A stretch of 61,431 nucleotides of DNA, filler included. It is 3 parts of 3 records of this genome, joined end to end, with 100 filler letters (N's around TTAATTAATTAA, not from the genome) between each part and the next. Parts side by side here need not be neighbours in the genome. Positions count along the whole stretch, not along the records: positions 50,427 to 61,431 come from SRR31156797_5493; 2 more parts are not named here. One strand, written 5' to 3'. Within the stretch, counting starts at the first letter, position 1. The number at the start of each line of letters is the position of its first letter. Of this stretch, positions 57,174-61,431 are shown piece by piece. A program made the position numbers and the translations under genes. The notes under the pieces were generated by a model. That model was not told the origin of the DNA and ran no database searches. It saw nothing but the letters and a program-made list of their open reading frames with translations.

Positions 57174-58277
57174 TTAAAACTTACTGCCGTCTTGTGCGCC
57201 TGCCGGGTAACTGCCCAGAATCTTGAATGTAAGACAGCGTGCTTTAAGGTCTTCGATGAGCGTTGCATGCTCATCGGCCCCGAGATCACCCTGCAGATCA
57301 ACGAAAAACATGTACTTCCACTTTTCTCCTAGAGCGGGCCGCGACTCCAGCTTGGTCATGTTGATCTCATGACCGGAAAGCTCGTTGAGGACTTCAACCA
57401 GAGCTCCGGGTCTGTCCGGGGTGGTGAAAAGCAGCGAAGTTTTATCACGCTTACCTTCCTGTCCGGGCTTGGGTCCGATGATCAGGAAACGGGTCCAGTT
57501 GTCGGGCAAGTCTTCAATGGCTTCGGCTACTACATGCAGACCAAAAAGGTTGGCTAGTTTTAAATGACCTACTGCAGCTACGGGTTCATCGCTTTCGGCA
57601 ACCATCTGAGCTGCCTTGGCAGTGGATTCCACAGACACGAGCTCTGCACCGGGCATGTTGGCACGAAGCCAGCCGGTGCATTGCTCAAGTGCCTTGGAGT
57701 GTGAGTAGACCGTTTTGATCTCGCTGATGTCGGCACCCTTGGTCATAAGCCCGTGGCTGATGCGATGATACAGCTCGGCCTGAATGAAAACCGGGTAACG
57801 CATGAAGAGATCAACGTTCTGCCCGACCGTTCCCTTGAGCGAATTTTCAAGGGGGATGATGCCTAAGTCGGCTTCGCCCTTGGAAACGGCCACAAAAATA
57901 TCTTCAAAATTGTTTTTGGGAAGCAGGTCGGCCTGCCGTCCCATGTGCTGTAGTCCGGCAAAATATGAAAATGTCCCTTCGGGGCCTAGATAGACCACGC
58001 GTTCAGGCCTTTGCAGCCTGCGGGAAGAAGAAATAATTTCGCGATAAATTGCTTCAAGATGCTCAGGGGGGAGAGTTCCGGGATTACGCTCGATGAGACC
58101 GCGCAGTACTTCCTGCTCCCGGAAAGGCTTAAAAATCTGATCAGATGATCCGGCCTTAATGGCTCCAACTGCAAGAGATGCAGCGGCACGCTTGTTGAGA
58201 AGCTCTAGAATTTCACTGTCGAGGGAATCAATTTCCACCCGCAGATCGCCAAGATTTTTTGTGCTGGACTGTGACAT
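57174..58277 (-). CDS. pheA: Chorismate mutase/prephenate dehydratase
   Basis: LRVEIDSLD, YLGPEGTFS, PLENS, NWTRF and ACT-domain LESRP. Confidence 0.95.
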   Translation of the reverse strand: MSQSSTKNLGDLRVEIDSLDSEILELLNKRAAASLAVGAIKAGSSDQIFKPFREQEVLRGLIERNPGTLPPEHLEAIYREIISSSRRLQRPERVVYLGPEGTFSYFAGLQHMGRQADLLPKNNFEDIFVAVSKGEADLGIIPLENSLKGTVGQNVDLFMRYPVFIQAELYHRISHGLMTKGADISEIKTVYSHSKALEQCTGWLRANMPGAELVSVESTAKAAQMVAESDEPVAAVGHLKLANLFGLHVVAEAIEDLPDNWTRFLIIGPKPGQEGKRDKTSLLFTTPDRPGALVEVLNELSGHEINMTKLESRPALGEKWKYMFFVDLQGDLGADEHATLIEDLKARCLTFKILGSYPAGAQDGSKF

Positions 58278-58284
58278 TTTATTA

Positions 58285-59268
58285 TTAATCCTCTGAAATT
58301 TCTTCTTTGATGCGCATGCCGAAATGGCGGCCCGCTTCATCAATACGGCAAAGAACTTCGTCGCCTTCTTTCAATGTTACCACACTTACAGGTTCACCGT
58401 CACCGCTTACGACTCTGATAGTCTCAGCGTTCTGGAGGAATACCTTTCCTGAGATCGGCCCTTCTGGGGTTTGAACCTCAGCGGTGATAAGCAGCATGGG
58501 ACGAACTTCAAGCTTACTGCGTCCGACAACAGCCACAGAAGTCTCACCGCTTTTATCCACAACCAGCACCTCAGAACCGGAACGCAGTTCTTCAAGATAA
58601 GTAGTCTTGTCACCGGGCATGAGTGCGTAGGCATGAACAGCCCCGGCGTTCACTCGAAAAGGACGCGCGGCAACGTAAGGGTTGGATTCAGTTTCAGCAT
58701 GCACGAGAAAGGTGAAGGCAGAAGAATTTCCGGTAAGAATTCCCTGCCCTCTCTTAAGCTTGGATGTGGTGTCCACGCAGACCCGGTGGGCCAGCCCTGC
58801 GGATTCGATTTTGATGACAGTTGCTTTCTGGAGTTCCATCTTACCCTGCGAGAGTTTCAGTTCGGCTACGATCTGCTTAAGATCCGCAGCACCTTCGGGA
58901 GTAACCACGATGGCATCAGCACCGCGTTCCATAACGCTGGCAGCCAGCCTTGCCCGGTCAAGGGATTCAGCTTCAAGGGCAAGGGCATCAATCTGGGCAA
59001 GCAGGTTTTCAACGGGGATAATTTCCCAGCCTGCAGCGAGACAGACATCTTTGCCTTTTTTATCAAGATCAACAGCAACGGCTTCATCGGCCTTCTCGTT
59101 GATGGCAACGCAAGGCATATCCTCGGGAGTAATGACGGTAACTCTACCCAAACCTTCAATAGTTTCTTTGTCTTCCGGAGAAGTCAGAATAGCGTCCACA
59201 CCGGATTCAAGGGCAAGGCTTACGAGGTTCTTCTCAAACGGGATCGCTTTGAATATAATTTTTTTCAT
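58285..59268 (-). CDS. aroB': 3-dehydroquinate synthase II
   Basis: WEIIPVENL, RVCVDT, RPFRVNAGAVHAY, LQNAETIR and RHFG. Confidence 0.93.
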   Translation of the reverse strand: MKKIIFKAIPFEKNLVSLALESGVDAILTSPEDKETIEGLGRVTVITPEDMPCVAINEKADEAVAVDLDKKGKDVCLAAGWEIIPVENLLAQIDALALEAESLDRARLAASVMERGADAIVVTPEGAADLKQIVAELKLSQGKMELQKATVIKIESAGLAHRVCVDTTSKLKRGQGILTGNSSAFTFLVHAETESNPYVAARPFRVNAGAVHAYALMPGDKTTYLEELRSGSEVLVVDKSGETSVAVVGRSKLEVRPMLLITAEVQTPEGPISGKVFLQNAETIRVVSGDGEPVSVVTLKEGDEVLCRIDEAGRHFGMRIKEEISED

Positions 59269-59304
59269 TTTTCCTTTTCCTAACTTTCAACCATGAGCAG
59301 GCAA

Positions 59305-60102
59305 CTATTCGCCTATGTGAGCAAGAGCAGCGTCTACGGTTTCGTCTTCGTGAACAACCATGTGCAGGGCTTCCATCAATTTCACGCGTTTTTCATGCTG
59401 AAACACATTGCGACCAACGGAAAGACCTGCGCCACCTGCTTCGATAGAATCAGAGACCATCTGCAAGAAATCGCGGGTGGAATCAAGCTTGGGGCCCCCA
59501 GCAATTACAACCGGAATGCAACAACCTTCAACCACGGTTTTGAAAGATTCAATATCGCCGGTGTAAGGAACTTTTACGATGTCGGCCCCCAGTTCTTCAC
59601 CTGCGCGAGCGCAATGGGCTACAACTTCGGGATCAAATTCGTCCTTGATCTGAGGACCGCGGGCGTAAACCATAGCCAGAACCGGAACCCCCCAGCTGGT
59701 GGCAGCGGAAGCAACTTCACCGAGATCGGAAAGCATCTGCGCTTCGGCTTCATCACCGAGATTAACGTGAACTGAAACAGCATCTGCGCCGAGGCGGAGA
59801 GCGTCTTCAACAGTACCGACGAGAGTTTTTTTATTGGGGAGAGGGGAAAGACAAGTGGAAGCGGAAAGATGAACGATGAGGCCAACGTCGCCGCCTTCTT
59901 CGCGGTGGGAGCAGCGAACAAGACCTTTGTGCATAAGCACGGCATTGGCTCCGCCCTTAACCATGTCATTAACCGCCCGGCGCATATTACGCAGTCCCTT
60001 AAGCGGGCCGACACTTATGCCGTGATCCATGGGAACAACGATTGTCCTGCCCGTATTACGGTTAACCATCCGCTCCATTCTAACGCTTTTACCAATCTGC
60101 AT
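59305..60102 (-). CDS. aroA': 2-amino-3,7-dideoxy-D-threo-hept-6-ulosonate synthase (DhnA-type aldolase)
   Basis: PMDHG, HLSAST, ELGADIVK and VGRNVFQ. Adjacent to aroB'. Confidence 0.9.
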   Translation of the reverse strand: MQIGKSVRMERMVNRNTGRTIVVPMDHGISVGPLKGLRNMRRAVNDMVKGGANAVLMHKGLVRCSHREEGGDVGLIVHLSASTCLSPLPNKKTLVGTVEDALRLGADAVSVHVNLGDEAEAQMLSDLGEVASAATSWGVPVLAMVYARGPQIKDEFDPEVVAHCARAGEELGADIVKVPYTGDIESFKTVVEGCCIPVVIAGGPKLDSTRDFLQMVSDSIEAGGAGLSVGRNVFQHEKRVKLMEALHMVVHEDETVDAALAHIGE

Positions 60103-60169
60103 TTTAAATTCTCCTGAAGTTTGCCTCTAGATTCTCCAAGATCCGCTTCCCTTTTGGCGACCCATGCTT

Positions 60170-60211
60170 AAAAAAAAAGGGCCGCCGGCGATTCTTCGCC
60201 TGCGGCCCTTT
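60170..60211 (-). terminator. Leader-region intrinsic terminator (attenuator)
   Basis: AAAGGGCCGCAGGCGA-AGAA-TCGCCGGCGGCCCTTT running into T9, about 70 nt upstream of the aroA' start. Confidence 0.88.
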
Positions 60212-60240
60212 CGTAGAGGTCGTTTGCTATGCTACTTTTT

Positions 60241-60351
60241 TTATTTTTCGTACAAGCAAACCTCCACCCGACCACAAGCGTGGGTGCACCAAAAATAAAA
60301 AAAGTAAAAAAAGTATGAGAGGCCGGTGCCTAGGGTGTTGAAAGTCTGCAT
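60241..60351 (-). CDS. Aromatic amino acid operon leader peptide MQTFNTLGTGLSYFFYFFYFWCTHACGRVEVCLYEK
   Basis: 36-codon ORF below the ORF-track cutoff, with nine consecutive Tyr/Phe/Trp codons. It ends about 30 nt before the terminator. Confidence 0.85.
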   Translation of the reverse strand: MQTFNTLGTGLSYFFYFFYFWCTHACGRVEVCLYEK

Positions 60352-60596
60352 GGGTGTTACTTAACCGGGTCCTGAAAAAATTGTCAACAACTTTATTTAT
60401 TTTTTTACTATCATTAATATAATGAACACCATTTGTAATTTTATTCCAACACACACACAATGCAAAAGCACACTATTTACCTTTTTGTAATTTACCCCCC
60501 AAACAAATACGACAAAAAAGTTCAAAAACACATTTTTGTAATCAACATCCATGGGTTAACCCAAGAATATGTTAATCATTTCAACCACTTAGCCAC

Positions 60597-60613
60597 TTGG
60601 CACAGTCCGTGCT
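60597..60613 (+). promoter_or_regulatory. Sigma54 -24/-12 promoter of amtB
   Basis: TTGGCACAGTCCGTGCT has GG-N10-GC spacing. Confidence 0.8.
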
Positions 60614-60660
60614 TTAAGAAAAACATCCTTGAAGCAATCAACATCCCTAAGGAGGACTGT

Positions 60661-61431
60661 ATGACTATTAATCGTTCAATGGTAGGCCGCAAAATCCCGG
60701 CCCTCGCAACTCTCATGCTCCTGGCAGCACCTTCAGCGGCATTCGCAGCCGAAGAAGCCATGTCTCAGACTCACGGCAATATTCTCTGGACCCTTCTCGC
60801 GGCAATCCTCGTATTTTTTATGCAGGCAGGCTTCGCATGCGTTGAAGCAGGATTCACCCGCGCAAAGAGTGCAGGTAACATCCTGATGAAGAACTTTCTC
60901 GATTTTTCAGCCGGCTCGATCATATTTTTCCTGTTCGGCTTCGGAATCATGTTCGGCATTGACGCTGGAGGATTCCTAGGAACCACCGGATTTTCCCTCG
61001 CTGGAACAGGACTTACCGATCCAGATGCACAGTGGACCATCACCTTCTGGTTCTTCCAGTCAGTATTCGCAGCTACCGCAGCCACCATCGTCTCTGGCGG
61101 TATTGCAGAACGCACTAAATTCAGCAGTTACATTCTGGTAACCGCCATTGTGACCGGACTCATCTATCCCATATCCGGACACTGGGCATGGGGTTCCCTC
61201 TGGCTCGGCGATGCAGGCGCGGGCTGGCTTGAAGGCATGGGATTCATGGACTTTGCAGGCTCTACCGTAGTTCACTCCGTAGGTGGCTGGATCGCTCTGG
61301 CAGGCGCCATGGTACTCGGCCCCCGTATCGGCAAGTACACAGCAGACGGCAAAGCAAAAGCTATCCCCGGCCACAACATTCCGCTGGCATCCCTTGGTGT
61401 ATTCATCCTCTGGTTCGGCTGGTTCGGCTTC
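60661..61431 (+). CDS. amtB: Ammonium transporter (3'-truncated, absent from the ORF track)
   Basis: AAGGAGG RBS. Translates MTINRS...FFMQAGF..VEAG, FQSVFA.TA..IVSG..AER, HWAWG, DFAGSTVVH and LWFGWFGF. Confidence 0.95.
   Translation, partial: MTINRSMVGRKIPALATLMLLAAPSAAFAAEEAMSQTHGNILWTLLAAILVFFMQAGFACVEAGFTRAKSAGNILMKNFLDFSAGSIIFFLFGFGIMFGIDAGGFLGTTGFSLAGTGLTDPDAQWTITFWFFQSVFAATAATIVSGGIAERTKFSSYILVTAIVTGLIYPISGHWAWGSLWLGDAGAGWLEGMGFMDFAGSTVVHSVGGWIALAGAMVLGPRIGKYTADGKAKAIPGHNIPLASLGVFILWFGWFGF

Noticed and set aside
60227-60460. 77-aa ORF from the track as the leader peptide
   Set aside because: It is a different frame (LILFLLFLFL) with no aromatic run. The 60241-60351 frame carries YFFYFFYFW.

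Overview
The window joins three unrelated contigs with artificial N-TTAATTAATTAA-N spacers (30571-30670, 50327-50426). Taxonomy is inferred from gene content and base composition. (1) 1-30570 is AT-rich and Bacteroidota-like (T9SS cargo, TAnnTTTG promoters). It carries a tusA-dsrE-tusA/osmC-metE2-like operon whose last gene has an in-frame UGA followed by a SECIS-like hairpin (candidate selenoprotein). It also has a small defence island (broken Type ISP/IIG-like R-M gene, yefM-yoeB, HipA-like kinase + DUF3037), a REP-like cluster, metabolic genes, an MCP, an acyltransferase-ankyrin fusion and an AraC-cyclase-TPR sensor. (2) 30671-50326 is GC-rich and alphaproteobacterial: an Fe(III) ABC transporter, sigma54-type flgE and flgI-flgJ-flgN-flgK-flgL, flaF, and a probable flagellar glycosylation island (NeuD-like, methyltransferase, TPR-GT41, WbuX/HisF/HisH-like). 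(3) 50427-61431 is Desulfovibrionaceae-like: an aroA'-aroB'-pheA-aroA-tyrA-trpEGDCF supra-operon and a divergent, partial amtB. The strongest candidate for an undescribed system is two-tier ribosome-mediated attenuation in contig 3. An unannotated leader peptide with nine consecutive aromatic codons (YFFYFFYFW) precedes the whole operon. A second, internal Trp attenuator before trpE appears to use the C-terminal WWW of the TyrA enzyme itself as its leader peptide. RNA pairings were read by eye and no searches were run.
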